A DNA stretch of 64,000 bases from Eledone cirrhosa. Its lineage: Eukaryota. Under the pieces are notes generated by a model. That model was not told where the DNA came from. It ran no database searches and was given only the letters and a program-made list of their open reading frames with translations. A program made the position numbers and the translations under genes. This document shows positions 37,483-53,258 of this stretch, piece by piece. Position 1 is the first letter of the stretch. Each line of letters begins with the position of its first letter. The stretch is taken from positions 24,676,001 through 24,740,000 of the forward strand of contig OZ024758.1 in the NCBI GenBank assembly GCA_964016885.1, written 5' to 3'.

Positions 37483-40400
37483 TATCTATCTATATCCATA
37501 TATAGTTGACGGTTGAGAGAAAAGAGTACTCAATACCGAAATAGAGTAACAAGATATTTATTTAGCCTTAATAAAATTGATATATATATATATATATATA
37601 TATATGTTAGAATGTGTGTTTAAAATACTTACCATAGTAAATATTTTAAACATTCAAGCATTAACTGTCTGAACGCTCATTACTGGTAGATAGTGTAGAC
37701 TGTGAATTTTATTTTCTAAATAGATGAGCAGCAGTGACTTCGAAGTTTCAGCTTGGTGGTCGTTTCATCTGGCTATTTCTGTAATTTCTGTGACAAGCTT
37801 ATGAGGTCATTCAGCCTGCTAGAAATAGCAGCCAAATCTCCCTCAAATTACAGCCTACCTTCTTAAATATAGTAATGGTTGGATAAACAACGTAGTCCCT
37901 GATATACAAAAAGACGGGATGGTCACTTTTGGAAAGCATTTCATCATAGGCCTGCAAGATCAGAGTTAACTTCTGGCTAAACAAGAATTTTTTAATTGTA
38001 TTTTTTAATTCTCTTCGCATAAAATAATATTTATTATTGTTGGCAGTATCGGCAGAGCGTCGGACAACATGCTTCGCGGCATAGAGTTACGGCCCTTTAC
38101 GATCTGAGTTCAGATCCCAGCGAGGTTAACTTTGCCTTTCATCCTTACGGGGTCGATAAATAAAGTACCAGTAATGTAATGGGGGTCGATTTAATCGCCT
38201 TTCTCTCGCCCCCCAAATCGTTGGCCCTGTGTTTAAATCAGAAACCATTATTATTGGCATTATTGGTAGAGCGGTGGATTGGCAGTATCGGTAGAGGGTC
38301 GGACGCCATGCTTTCCAGCATAGTTACGTCCCTTTACGATCTGAGTTCAAATCCCGCCGAGGTTGACTTTGCCTTTCATCCTTACGGGGTCGATAAAATA
38401 AAGTACCAGTAATGCACTGGGTAATTGCTGGCCTTGTGCCTAAAGTAGAAACAATTATTGGTAGAGCGTTGGACAACATGCTACATACTATACATGCACC
38501 TTTGATGAGTTGCAGTGCACCTGAACACTGTATACAATAATTTTCATTATTATTATCGTTATTATTATTATTATAAATATATTATAAATATTTGAATTAA
38601 CAAACCAGTTTTTAGGCACCTGATATGATGTTAAGAGTTAAATATCTCCTAAAAATCATTGCACAAATACCCTTGAGAAGTACAAAACCTCCCACAATCT
38701 CATTTATTTTGGAAAATAAACTATTGGAACATTGAGTAGCTTGTTGTTATTGTACTACAAGTATTTGACGATTTCTTTTTTTGGTACAGGTCATTGCCAC
38801 TTAGTTCAGTTTTTTTTATCTTTTGTGTGTGAAACTCTTTATTTAGGGATCTAACCTTATCACTTTTTCCCTCCCATCCATGGTCTCCTCTGCCACAGAA
38901 ACCTTCCATTAACAACACATTGTACTGTGCCTGAAAGACATAACATAAGCTAGCTGAGAGTAAAACTCTGTAATGAGAAGACTGCGATGGTACAGACATG
39001 TGAAGTTTGTAGATGAGAAAACTGTATGAAATTTCTCTGCATTTCCTAGGAAGACGTAGGATGCTGAATCTCATGACAGAGATGCCAAAGAATTAAGGAT
39101 TGGCAACATGTAGTGCTAGAGAAGCCTCGCCCTACCAGCATAAGAATGTAACCTGACCCTTTCGTGTACCCTCCCCCATCCACCCAGTCAGTATCACTCC
39201 TTAGTAACAATTCTCACCATCATAGTACACTCCCTTCCACCCCTTTGAAATCCTAACATACAGCAGGTGCGAGTCCTGTGAGCTGGGGTGGCTGTTCCAG
39301 TGCGTCTCCCTCACCATCCCCAGGGGCAATATATTCTCCATCCTGTCGGGCCCGGGACCAAGGGGCAGAGGGTAAGATAGTTTGTAGAGAAGGATACTCG
39401 TTCAAATGTCACTTTCACTCTTATTTTAGAAAACAAAGAATTTAATTCTCAGTTTATTTTTCAAAACTAAATGCATGATATATCAATGACAGGGCAGTGG
39501 ATTGGCAGTATTGGTAGAGCATCAGACACCATGCTTTGCAGCATAGAGTTATGGCCCTTTACGTTCTGGGTTCACACTTTTGCCTTTCATCCTTACGGGG
39601 GTCGATAAAATAAAGTACCAGTAATGCACTGGGGTAATTGCTGGCCTTGTGACAAAAGTAGAAATAATTTTATACCCATGAAAGCTGTTCTCATCACAGT
39701 ACACCCAACTCTAAGCCCTAAATGGAGTATACAAGCAAGTTGTAGTCACCTCACCAGTCTAGCCTCAGTACATGACAGTCTAACTAACCCATGCAAGCAT
39801 GGAGAATATATGTTGAACGGTGATGATGATAATATCTCGCCGAGCATCCTGACTTTAGCCACTATGTCTTGCTACAGCCATCTTCATCACTAATTAATAA
39901 TAAAAAGTGCACTACAACTCATTAATAATAATTAATAATAAAGGTGGCACATGGCTTAGTGGTTAGAGCATTGGCCTTGCAATCGAAAGGTTGTGAGTTC
40001 AATTCTCAGACAGGGTGATGTGTTGTTTCCTTGAGCAAAACACTTTATTTCACATTGCTCCAGTTTACTCAGCTGTAGAAATGAGATGATAGGGACTGGG
40101 GTCCCTATCATTCCACTGTAAAGTGGTCGTGGAGGTGCCATGGCTAAAAAAGCACCCAGCACTCACTGTAAATGAGGTTGGTGTTAGGAAGGGCATCCAG
40201 CTGTAGAAATCAAGCCAGAATCAGTTCCTGTCCCACCCTTGCAAGCAGGGAAAAGCGGACGTAAAATGAAATGATGATGATGAAAGGTTCACTACAACTC
40301 ATCAAAGGTGCATGTATAGTACATAGAATAATGTACAAATATCAGGAAAGTGAATAGTGTTACACATAGATACAAGCGTGCGTGTGTATGGAGGGGGACT

Positions 40401-42031
40401 ACCAGGTGTAGGGTTGGCAAATTTCGGGAAGCATGGAAGTTTTGAAGGATGCAGTGTCCTGACAGCTAACAACTAATTAAATCCTCTAGGCCAGTGATTT
40501 CCAAGGTTCGGTCTGTATGATAATGTTTCTTACAGTAAAATTTAATAAAAATGTTCCTTTTTTTTACAGAAACAAGCTTTCTCTCTAAAACCATTTTTAT
40601 TTCATTTAATGTCTTATTAAAATTAGGGGAGAGCTGCTACTTCTCCGAATTGAGATATCACAGCTCCGATACTATGGGTATGCGGTTAGAATGTCTCTGG
40701 AAAGAATCACTGGACAGATTTTACAGGCAAAACCAACTGGCAAAGTGACCCAGGGATAGACTCCGAGCAAGATGGTTGGATAACATCCATGAGCTTTTCT
40801 GGTCACGCTTGGGAATCCAGCCTGATCAGTTGGAGATGGTTGCTTCTGACACGACTCGTTGTAAGTTGTGTTTGAGGGCTCTGCTACCACAATCTTCTCG
40901 GGAATAAGAAAGAAGAAGAAGATTAAAATTAGGGTGGTGGAGATTGTCTGTTAAATATGCAATTCTTGGATAATAAATTGTAGAGAAACTTTGTCAGGGA
41001 TGTTGACTGTGGCTGCACTAATGACTATAGACTCGAATGAACTCAATAAATGTGTGCAATTGGGTAGATAGGAATTTTTTGAAAGACCATCAGATAAACT
41101 GTACTTGTAATATAAAGGGTCAGTGTTATCGCAAGCTGTATCTTGTTGAATCACTCAAAAAATTATGTAAAGGATACATGGGACTGTAGAATACTCAGTG
41201 ACTTATGTGTTGGTTTAAAGAGTAAACTGTCTTGTTAATGAACAGCCTGTTATGTTGATCAAATAATTGGAACACTCTTCACAGAAACTAATGGAGATCT
41301 ATTTACTATTAACCCTTTAGCATCTAAACCAGCCATATCTGGCCAGAATTCTCTCACCTCTTTCTCTTCAAACCAGCAGTAACCGGCTGCTCATACTGAC
41401 ATTGAGGTATTTTTCTCAAAATAAATAAATATCAAAACCTCATAGATTCGATATTATGTGAGATTATTATGTAAGATAAAGCCTTTAGCACAAAAATACA
41501 ATAGTATATATATAGAGTAATGTAAATGATAAAGGGTTAAGTCTTTGTATTTAGAATTTCAGTTTGTGTCATTTAGATTTTTAAAATATATAATTTTATT
41601 ATTTTCATGATGTCCCTAGTTATATTTCATGTCACACAGTTTGGGAATCACTTCCTTGTAGATATAGGCAGGGTTGCCTGGAGAAATTTTGTAAGGTGGG
41701 AAAAAACTGCTTTAGGGTTCTGACTGAGTGAGAGAAGGGACAGTTTTTCAAAATTCCAGGAGGCTGAGAGATTTTTGCTTTTATGAGGTGTAGGTGGCAT
41801 TTATTAACAGGTACCTGCTTCACTTTCCAGATTCTAAACCTATACACCTTTTATAAGCCCTGCTAATAAGTTTGAGAATCATTTACCTGGAGCTATTGAT
41901 TAGTACTTAGTTTGATATTTAATTTGACGGGGAACAAAGCCAAACAGTGGGATGGGGGGTGGGTTGGGTGGGGGGGTGAGATAATATATCTATACTACAA
42001 TCAAATAATTAAAGCAATTAAGACTTATAAA

Positions 42032-42307
42032 TACAGTTGAATCTCAGTTCATGAACTTAATTTATACCTGAAGGTTGTTTGTCACTTGAAATGTTCATAA
42101 ACTGAAACTATTTTCCTCATACTAAATGTTGAGAGAGAGAGACTGTGTATGAAAGACAGATATCACCATAGTAACTAACTACACAGCAAGTGAAGCTTTC
42201 CCACCGATTATTCCCAGCTTGCATGTTTCTTAATCGCAACACCATTCGTGATCTGAGATGTTCTATGTTCATGATGAGAGGCATTTGTGAATTGAGGTTC
42301 CACTGTA
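42032..42307. mobile_element. Tigger/pogo-like MITE
   Basis: ta-CAGTTGAATCTCAGTTCATGAA...TTTGTGAATTGAGGTTCCACTG-ta imperfect TIRs. Confidence 0.65.
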
Positions 42308-44899
42308 TATCTATACAACAACCAAACAATTAACCCTTTAATGTTCAAACTGGCCAAAACCAGCCAAAATTCTCTACCTCTTTCTGTTGAAACTGGCTGT
42401 AACTGGCCACTCATACTGATGTTAAGGTATTGTTCTCAAAATAAAAACTTTCAAAATCTCAGATTCGATATTATGTGAGATAATTATGCGAGGTAAAGCC
42501 TTTACCATGAAAATATAATAGTATATATAGAGTAATGTGAATGCTAAAGGGTTAAAGCAGTTAGACTTATAAATGTTGTTTGCATTTTCTCTGTAGTTTG
42601 TTTACGATATAAGAATGTTTCTCATTTATCATAGTGATATCACCAGCTTTATCTATAACGACATATTTGCACTATACATGTGATAAACTGCTATTTTACC
42701 CTTTTGATATCCAAATGACTGAAGCTTCTCCTGGTCCTACATTACAAAACTGTTTATTTGAATGTGTTATTTTATTATTTTTATAGAGTTGGGATATCAT
42801 ATATTCATGAACTCCTTCTTGGCTCTTGACCCCTCCCCAACTCTACAAATTGTATAACTGACCACACCACCACTCTCAAAAGCCTTGCTTTGAATATATC
42901 AAAATAGTCATAGAAATATATAAGAACAACAACAAAAACAAAAAACAAAAACTCAACAATTTCTATAATGTTTCAACAAAAACATTTAATTAAAATGATG
43001 TTCTGTGAAAAATAAAATAAAATAATGAATATAAAATTATTTTTCCTACCAACAAGAATTAGGGGTATGGAATAAAAAAAAAAAAAAAAAAATACAATCT
43101 GGCACAGTAGAACATAAAACTGGACATAGTGAATTAATATACAAAACAAAAGTCAGAATAAAGTGACATCTCAGTGAATTGAGACAAAATAAATAAAATA
43201 AATCAGTGTATGATTGTGTATTATTTGTGTGTGTATTTCTTTGAATTTATTTCAATAGGAAAGTAATTATTTTAAGCCAGTAGCTTAGTTATTTGTTATG
43301 TTATATATACAACAGAAGATTGCAGCACAAATGTTTTGGTAGCTAATCTTAAATTTAATTTTTCTCTACACCAGTGTTCTTTTTGTCACACCTGGAGTGA
43401 TGTCCCTAACATACACACACACAAACAAACATACATACACACAAACCAACACACATACACACAAACCAACCAACACACATACAGACAAACCAACACACAC
43501 ACATTCTGGACAACATAAAAGAAAAAAAAAATGGCTGACTGACAAGCAAATCTTTAGTCAATAACTAACACACTAAATAAATTGTTGTCCTCTGTCTTTC
43601 TTAACACTATAAAGAGGCCCAGTAAAAGCTGAGTACAGTTCCACTATTTCGAATAATCATCATCATCATTGTTTCCATGCTGGTATGGACTAAATGGGAT
43701 TTGTTGTTGTTTTTTTTTGAGGCAATCTTTTACAGTTGGATGCTCTTCCTGACAACAATCCTTTTAGTCACTTCTTATAACATGTAGGGATATAATGTAC
43801 CTATTCTAAACTGGATATAACTAATAAATAAAAAGCTATATATAAATAAAAAGCTATATATGTTCTACCTGGAGTTGTGATCAATAGAAAGTATTAGCAA
43901 TTGAAAAGACCAATGGAAACATTGTTTCCTAGGTCTGATTTGACGAAAGTCGAGAGACTGTCGATATGTTAGAGAATTGTAATACAACAGCTGTGACTAT
44001 ACATACTGTGTATGGTCCAGTAACTCTTGATTGAGTCGTAGGGGGCGCCGTATTGACATATGGCGTTTCTTGGGCATTTTAAAGCCTGGCAGAGCCCATC
44101 CCTCTCCAGGTCTGAGTTCAGCAGATTTCTTCCAGAGAAAGATAGAAAGTAGGAGAGAGTAAATGAGAAAGAGATATAGAGGAAGAATCGACCCCAGTAC
44201 TAGACTGGTACTTTTTTTATCGACCTCTGCGGGATTTGAACTCAGAGATCAGGAATGAATACCATAAAGCATTCTATCCGATGTTCTAATGACTGCCAAA
44301 TCGCCACCTATACACGCTTTACATGAACTTAAAAAAAAAGATTAAATTAAACTTGTATTCTCTAACATATATCGCATATACTCGAATATAAACCAACCCC
44401 ACTATTTTATGTCTGAGAAATGGGCAAAAATCCAAACCTTATTTATAGAGGATTTGTGGTGGAAATCATCAAGTAGGTGGAAATCATTAAAAAATTGACC
44501 CTGAATATAAGCTGACCACATCGATTTTTTGGTCACATGTTCCTTGGCTTGTAGAGTATAAACAGTAATTATTTGTTAGATATTGATAATCTTCATAAGG
44601 TTTTGGTTCAATAAATAGAACAATGGAGCTACAATATTTTTAAGATTTCAAGAGTTTAAACAATGCTGTTTATTGTATTTCTAGAGAAGAAGAATGTAAG
44701 AAGAAGAAGAAGAAGAGCTTGTTAATAATGTGCCTTACTGAGAATAACAACATCAAACCTTCAACATTTTCTATGCTGACATTTTCATGGCTATTATTAT
44801 AAGAACATTATAGCTTCATTCTGTCTTAATATATTGAAATTTAATATGAGAAAAATTAAGTTAAAAGAAACCACAAAGCTGAACTCTAAATAGTAATAG

Positions 44900-44935
<36 letters not shown>

Positions 44936-47900
44936 TAGTAAGTCACTTTTTCACATGAAAATACAGAATGAAAAAATAAAAAGGATAGGACTTATTTAGT
45001 GGACATACAAAACCTATATGGTATATTGTATGTTGTATATGAAATATAGGTGTCTTATCTACAAGTATATGCAGTACAGTAAGTTAAAAGATTAACCCTT
45101 TTGATACCAACTTGCCAAAAACTGTCTCTGGATTTATGAAAGAAAACCACCCATTTTAAAGGGTTTCTATCTTAATAAAAAATCTTCCAACATAATTTGA
45201 TATAGGAACCTTTTGTTATGTTCTAAATACCATCTTAAAGATATTTCAAGCTTGCTTTTTTTTTTTTAAAATGTACACTGAATATGACAGATGAAGATAT
45301 TTAAGATAATTACATTAACTCTTTAGCACTTAAACCAGCCATATCTGGCCTGAATTCTCTCACCTCTTTCTGTTCAAACCATCTGTAACTGGCCACTCAT
45401 ACTGATGTTAAGGTATTATTCTCAAAATCTCGTAGATTCGATACTATGTGAGATAAAGCCTTTACAGTGAAAATACAATAGTAAATATAGAGTAATGTAA
45501 ATGCTAAAGGGTTAAAAAGAAGGTAAAATAAAATTACTTATACATTTCCGATAGTTTTTAAAATGTGTGAATTATTTATATAGTTCTCTACATATTTCTG
45601 CTTCTGCAGTGTTACAATATACACCAGACAATTGAGAGAAAATGGCGTTTGCCCAAAACTGAAATACGGCAGAAAGTTTATTTTCATTTAATCAATAAAA
45701 AACATAAAGCTTTTGGTCCCAGTGATAAAGGGCTCTAAATATACATTTATAAAAGTATTTTTAGCCATTATATCAGTGGTTCCCAACCTACGGCCCACAA
45801 AGTGAGTATTTGAGGGGGGGGGGGGGGTCTGTGAGCTAAGTTTAACAGTTCAAGTAATTTGTTAAAAACATAAAATCCATACAGGTTATTGGGTATAAAT
45901 GTTTCTCTCTTTCAATTGTTATTCTCATAGTCAGTTCTGGATTTACCATTGTGCTTAGGTGTGCTTGCTTAAGCACAGGGCCCCATTGGCCAGTGAGAGA
46001 GTATCTTCCAGCCCCCTAAAATTTTTACGATAAATTTTTCAAATGTCAAGTGTTCAAAAGGTCCTCATACCCTAACTAGTACAGGGCCTCATTTGTCCTA
46101 AATCAAGCACTGCTCATGGTATGACAATTTGGGAGAGGATAATTGTAGAGGAGTATTCTTGAAAAACAAAAAACAACTTAAAATAGAAGGTGTCATTGAT
46201 AGAGTAAAGATGTGTCTGCTTAAGTAGAAATGTCAATGAAATACCTAAAGAATTAAGTTGTTTGGGAGAATATAATTTTAAAAAAAGAAATATTATTTAA
46301 CCTTTAAAGCCCTCTAGGCATCTTATGTGGCCAATAGAGTAATATCCCCTTAATACATAATGCAGTGTTAAGGGAAGCAATTCATAAAAACAATCAGCAT
46401 GCTAAAGGTTAAATAAAATCTTTCATAGAAACACAAACTCACAATAAATACATAAATAATTGTTTTACCTTCTTGTCTAATATCTTATCTTCAGGTATAA
46501 AACTCAGAACAAAAATCAAGAAACTTGCTACAGGAAATAATTTTTCATCCAAAAAGATTATTGTTCAGAAGACATATTTAAATATATTCAAAATTGCATT
46601 GTTGATTTAATTGATGAAATTCCTGTCTTACATTATGGCTGGCTTGAACTCACAACCTTATGATTGTAAGCCTGACACACTAACCACTAAGCCACGTGCC
46701 TTCACCTATTTACACAACAGAGTAAATACATATGTTGCATCTAATTCATACTTGCTTAGCCTCAAGTTTTCTTTATTAATTGATCAGATTTCCTGCTTAA
46801 TGATGATTCCAAGTGACTCAGACAAGTCTGTGGTTCTTAACTCTTGATACCAACCCAGCCAACCCAGCAAAAACTGTATGATTCTATGAAAGAAGATCAC
46901 CCATTTTTAAGGGTTCCTATTTAAAATTATTATCATACAACATAATTAAATTTGAGAACCTTCTCTTACATTAAGTTACAAATACCATCTTAGTCTTAGT
47001 AATTAAATAATTAATAACTTTGGTAAATCTTTCCAAATTCTTCATTAATCAATTCAAAAACAGTGAATTTATTTCATTAGAAATATAGTAAAGGGGTTAT
47101 AGGGGTTTGTGAATCAAAGACAACTTAGTACAAGAAACTAGCAATAGTTTCAAACATGGAGCAATATAATGAAGACAAATGGTACATTCTAACACAGTTA
47201 CATCCAGGCAAATGTTAATAACTGCTACGTATTACGTAAAATACTCTATAATTACAGAGAGCCTCTTTGTGGTCACATGATCTGCTAGATATAGCAGCTA
47301 AATCTCCTTCAAATCACACTCTACCGTCTTAAAAATCAGGACACATTGGATGTGGTCCTATATACAGTGTCTGAACTCCTCACCCCTAAGAAAAAAAACA
47401 AAAAAAAAAAACGAAAATTGATGGGATGGTCATGTGATAAGAATGCCTTTTACTCATCATAGGACTGCTAAACAACAACCTCAATAACATCAACTCTTGC
47501 AACACCCAACACTAACAACAACAACATCAACAACAGTAATGATAAATTCTAATTCTAATTATGAAAATCAAAAATATATTTCAATAAATCCAGTAGTTTG
47601 TTTGTTGTTTTTTTTTTGTGTATATTTTGATCCATATATATATAATAGCTTGGCAAGAAGGATTAGCTAACTGGGAGAGAGAGAAAAATGAAGGAAAAAA
47701 TGAAAAAAAATGAAAAAAAAAAAAAAAAAAATGAGAAAAAAATGAAGGGAAAAAAAAAAAAAAAAAACCCTTCAGCATTTGAAAACAGTAACATTTTAAA
47801 AATCCAACAGTTGTAATATCTAACAGCAAGTTTAGCAACCTGAATATATTCAGGTGAAGCTGTTAAGCTATTTAGGCAGTGCTAGCAATATCACAGTGTA

Positions 47901-48054
47901 AGTGGTTTATATTCCAACAAGTCATCAAAATCGACAAGGGAATTTCTGTTAAAAATATATGTTCAAAAGTTATATCTTGAAACCAACTTACAGCTTATAA
48001 TCATTATTTCATTGATATGTTATTTACATATCTAAACCAGTTACTTTATTTTAT

Positions 48055-48091
<37 letters not shown>

Positions 48092-48142
48092 CAAACACAT
48101 TGTTATTATTTACATTAATTAAAGTTATATATATACATATAT

Positions 48143-48251
48143 ATACAAGGTGTCCCCCCAAAAAATGTATACACACATTGATTACCTGTACAGGCAATAT
48201 TTATTAGAATGCTGTTCATGAGTGTGTATACATTTTTTGGGACACCCTGTA
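48143..48251. mobile_element. Tc1-like mini-MITE
   Basis: ta-caaggtgtcccc..aaaaaatgtatacacac and gtgtgtatacattttttgggacaccctg-ta. Relatives at about 30937-31018 and 32340-32412. Confidence 0.65.
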
Positions 48252-48589
48252 TATATACGAGGTTTGGCTGAAAAGTTCATAGGCTGACTATGAAGGATTG
48301 ATTGATGCTAGAGCTGTGAAATCTTGCATGCATTAATTTCAACTCTTCTTATTATTAACTGTAATATGTTTCTTTCCAGGGTCTAAGTCTAGTCTATTAT
48401 TTCTTTCCAAGGACTATTTTGAAAAACCTCATTTGGTCATTCCATGAGAGTATCTTGGTCAGCCTATGAACATTTCAACTGACCCTTGTATGTATGTATG
48501 TGCATACATAACTGTGTGTCTGTGTGTCATTGAGTATTTTGGTCAGCCTATGAATTTTTCAGCCGACCCCCATATGTATGTATGGTGCG

Positions 48590-49400
48590 TGTGTGTGTAT
48601 GCAACTGTGCGCGTGTATGTGCATACATACATATCTGTGTGTGTGTGCATACATACATACATGTATGTGAGTATATGCATACATACATATCTGTGTGTGT
48701 GTGTGTGTGTGTGGATGTGTGTGCATACATACATACATGTATGTGAGTATATGCATACATACATATCTGTGTGTGTGTGTGTGTGTGTGGATGTGTGTGC
48801 ATACATACATACATACATGTATGTGAGTATATGCATACATACATATCTGAGGTGTGTGTGTGTGTGTGTGCATACATACATATATGTGAGTATATGCATA
48901 CATACATATCTGTGTGTGTGTGTGTGTGTGTGGATGTGTGTGCATACATACATACATATATGTGAGTATATGCATACATACATATCTGTGTGTATGTGTG
49001 TGCATACATACATACATACATATATGTGAGTATATGCATACATACATATCTGTGTGTATGTGTGTGCATACATACATACATACATATATGTGAGTATATG
49101 CATACATACATATCTGTGTGTATGTGTGTGCATACATACATACATACATATATGTGAGTATATGCATACATACATATCTGTGTGTATGTGTGTGCATACA
49201 TACATACATATATGTGAGTATATGCATACATACATATCTGAGTATGTGTGTATATGTGTATGTGTGCATACATACATGTATGTGAGTATATGCATACATA
49301 CATACATATCTGAGTATGTGTGTATATGTGTATGTGTGCATACATACATGTATGTGAGTATATGCATACTACATACATATCTGAGTATGCGTATGTCATT
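48590..49400. repeat. Compound CATA/TG minisatellite
   Basis: Recurring gagtatatgcatacatacatatctgtgtgt units. Confidence 0.93.
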
Positions 49401-51079
49401 ATGAGTGTATGACAATAAAAAAAAAAAATCTTCTACAAAGAGTATTTGTTCATGCTCTTTTCATTTGTACACATTTAAACATATTTAAACATATTTAAAC
49501 ATATTTAAACATATTTAAACATATCAACATTTTATCAAAGAAAATAATTGTTTTCATTACAAAAACAATACAAATATAAAAATAATTACAGCGAATCCTG
49601 TAATACTATAAAATTACAAAATACTTATTAAACATATGCAAATATTGGATATGTAGTTTCTTTTATATGAAATATTACAACTAAGTATTACAGGGCTGAA
49701 GCAGTAACCAACCATAAAGGAGATTTTTTTAACTTTCTTTTTTGTAACTAATTTGATAATTATTTTCAATTTCCTGCCATTATATATTACATAAAGGAAT
49801 TAAAAATGCGAGACGCAGCTCAAGTTTGTTGATATAAAACCTTATATAGTTTTTTTTTTTTAATAAATTTAATTTTATATTAATAAAACAAATGAAAAAA
49901 ATTGAAAATACTTTCATGGTATTATATTTATAATTCCCAGAAAGAAATTCACAGAGAAAATACTTTAAAAAAAAATAGTTTTTTTTTCTTATATAGCTTT
50001 TTTTGTAAATATTTTCTATATACAGCTTTAATTACATTTGCATAATTGATAATTTTTAATATATTACGTTTTTAAAACACAATAATTATATAATTATATC
50101 ATCAATGTTAAGATTTTATTTTTCCAGTCTCTGCTACATGAAAGCATCGTGAAGATTTATCAGAAGGGAACAATCCATCATTAGTTTGTAAAGAATAACT
50201 AAAATGCAAGATTTTATTATTCTTCTGCTATTTGTAGATAAGTGAATCAAGTTATATAATAATTGCTTCTACTTTTGGCACAAGGCCAGCAATTATCCCA
50301 GTGTATTACTGGTACTTTATTTTATCGACCCCCTAAGGATGAAAGGCAAAGTTAACCTCAGCGGGATTTGAACTCAGACCATAAAGGGGCATAACTCTTT
50401 GCTGCAAAGCATGGCGTCTGACCCTCTACCGATACTGCCAATCCACCGCAAGTTATATAATAATTGTTTCTACGTTAGGCACAAGGCCAGCAATTACCCA
50501 GTATATTACTGGTACTTTATTTTATCGACCCCCTGTCGGTTACGAGGATGAGTGTTTCTGTTGATACGATCAACAGAACAGCCTGCTCATGAAATTAACG
50601 TACAAGTGGCTGAGTATTTCACAAACGTGTACTTACTGTCAACATAGTTCTCAGGGAGATTCAGTGTGACACAGAATGTGACAAGGCTGGCTCTTCAAAT
50701 TACAGGTACAACTCATTTGTGAAATTAACGTGCAAGTGGCTGAGCATTCTACAAACATGCATACTGTCAACGTAGTTTCCAGGGAGATTCAGTGTGACAC
50801 AGAATATGACTTTTTGAGTTACAGTTACAACTCATTTTTGCCAGCTGAGTGGATTGGGGCAACATGAAATAAAGTGTCTTACTCAAGGACACAGCGCGTC
50901 GCTGGGAATCGAACTCATGACCATACGATCGTGAGTCAAATACCTTAACCACAAAGCCACGTGCCTTCACAAACCAAGTTATATAGGAAATTTCTATTGC
51001 ATATGAAATACGTTTACTAACACACTTACTGCAACTTTTATCCAGATGATAAGCAACCTGTTGCATTAGTTAACTCATA

Positions 51080-51475
51080 AAAATAATAATAAATAAAAAG
51101 AAACTGCCTACTATTTTAAGTTTAAACTATCATTATCAAGCTTTATCAGCACATTGGTTTTGGTAACAAGAAAATTTCAACTAAGTCTTTAAAAAAAATA
51201 ATAAATAAAAAGAAACTGGTTTAATCAGCCTACTATTTTAAGTTTAAACTATCATTATCAAGCTTTATCAGCACATTGGTTTTGGTAACAAGAAAATTTC
51301 AACTAAGTCTTTAAAAAAAATAATAAATAAAAAGAAACTGGTTTAATCAGCCTACTATTTTAAGTTTAAACTATCATTATCAAGCTTTATCAGCACATTG
51401 GTTTTGGTAACAAGAAAATTTCAACTAAGTCTTTAAAAAAAATAATAAATAAAAACAAACTGGTCTAATCAGCTG
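51080..51475. repeat. 122-bp tandem triplication
   Basis: cctactattttaag recurs at 51107, 51229 and 51351. Confidence 0.92.
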
Positions 51476-51940
51476 ACCATTTTAAGTTTAAACTGGCCTT
51501 ATAAGGATTTCATATAAAAAATCTTGCAAAACAATTACATCGCCGTATTGACACATAGTTTTTGGTAACAGGAGATTTCTGACTAAGTCCAACATTAAGT
51601 CAAGTAAGATAAAGACTTTACCACAATATATATAGAGTAATGTAAATGGTAATGGGTTAATAGTTATATGACATTGGACTGTCATTTAGTGCCATTTCTG
51701 CTTCTAGTTATTTCAACCATAACATTTTTTTAATAACAGAAAATAAAGATTTTTACAACAATAACAAAATAAACAACAAATAAAAAAACAGGAAAAAAAA
51801 ATATTTAAAATAAAAAATATAAAGTAACTGTAAATAATAATTTTCTGCTTTCGGTACAAAGCCAGCAATTTAAACTCTATGTCACAAAGCATGGTGTCTA
51901 ACACTCTACCAATACTGCCAATCCAAAAATAATGATGATG

Positions 51941-51995
<55 letters not shown>

Positions 51996-53202
51996 TGGCT
52001 TCTATTCTAAGCACAAGGCCAGCAATTTTATTTCATTTATTTAATTTTTTTTTTTTTTTGTAGGCAAGAAATCAATCAAATCAACCCCAGTTCTTGACTT
52101 GTTATTCATTTTATCATTTTATCAACCATGGAGGGATGAAAGGTAAACTTGATGCCACCAGGATTTGAACTCAGAACATAGAAATATGAATTAAATGCTG
52201 AGCTGAATAACATTTAATTCATTACTGTACAGTTTGTCACTTCACTGCTTTCATTGTAAATCATATATCAGCTTGGTAGACAAGATCCCAGTCCTTATTC
52301 GCTTAACAAGTGGGGTGGGGTTCGTCAAATCAGACCGAGGAAACAATGTTTCCATTGGTCTTTCTATCTGTCAGTTGCAAATCCAGACAGAAGGAGCAAC
52401 ATGAAATAAAGTTTCTTGCTCAAGGACATAACGCATCGCCCAGTTCGGGAATCGAAATCACAACCTCACGATTGTGAATCCAATTCTCTAACCACTCAGC
52501 CACAAGCCTTCACTGTAAAACATAATAGAAATAATATATTTCGTATATTGGCACAAAACCACAAATGTATGTATGTCGTGGTGGTGGGGCAAAAAATTTT
52601 TTTTTTTTTAATCCCCCTAAGTGTATGACTGGTACTTATTGACCCTAGAAGGAGGTGGAGGATATGAAGAACAGAGAGATGAAACTAAATACTGAATATC
52701 AAATTGTCTGAGACTCAATTGTCGGGATCAAGTCCATAACTCTAACAATTAATACATCACATTCACCAGCAGTGTTAGGTTTTTAGGGAAACATTTACAA
52801 CATAAACTATTTATACACACAAACACTAACATACTTGTATACATTCATATATATGTATATATATATATATAGAGAGAGAGAGAGAAGGTGAAGTTGGTAA
52901 TAGCATGGAAAATATATTTTAGGGTCTGTTTTTCTTTTTTTATCCTTTCTTTGATTCATCAAAGTGACATTATTGAAAAAAATGAGAAATATCTATGATC
53001 GTCGGCAAATCACTGATGAGGGACTTATTTTATTACATGTTATCCATGTGCTACCAGCAGTATTTTTCTCCCCATTTTATCATATATATATATATATAAT
53101 TAAATGATGATGATACATATCATTTAACATCCGTTTACCCTGCTAGCAAAAGTGGACATACATTAACACACATGTATATATATATACATACATATATATA
53201 TA

Positions 53203-53258
<56 letters not shown>

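Noticed and set aside
37627-37635. Consensus minus-strand donor ATG|GTAAGT as an alternative first exon
   Set aside because: No clear acceptor exists upstream of exon 1 and the phase does not fit exon 2. It is unsupported without RNA data.
38270-38365. tRNA-like sequence with A and B boxes
   Set aside because: It is a SINE head that cannot form a cloverleaf and continues into SINE body.
53010-53060. CTGATGAG motif (also 60578 on + and about 62420 on -)
   Set aside because: No GAAA follows the putative stem II. At most these are decayed remnants.
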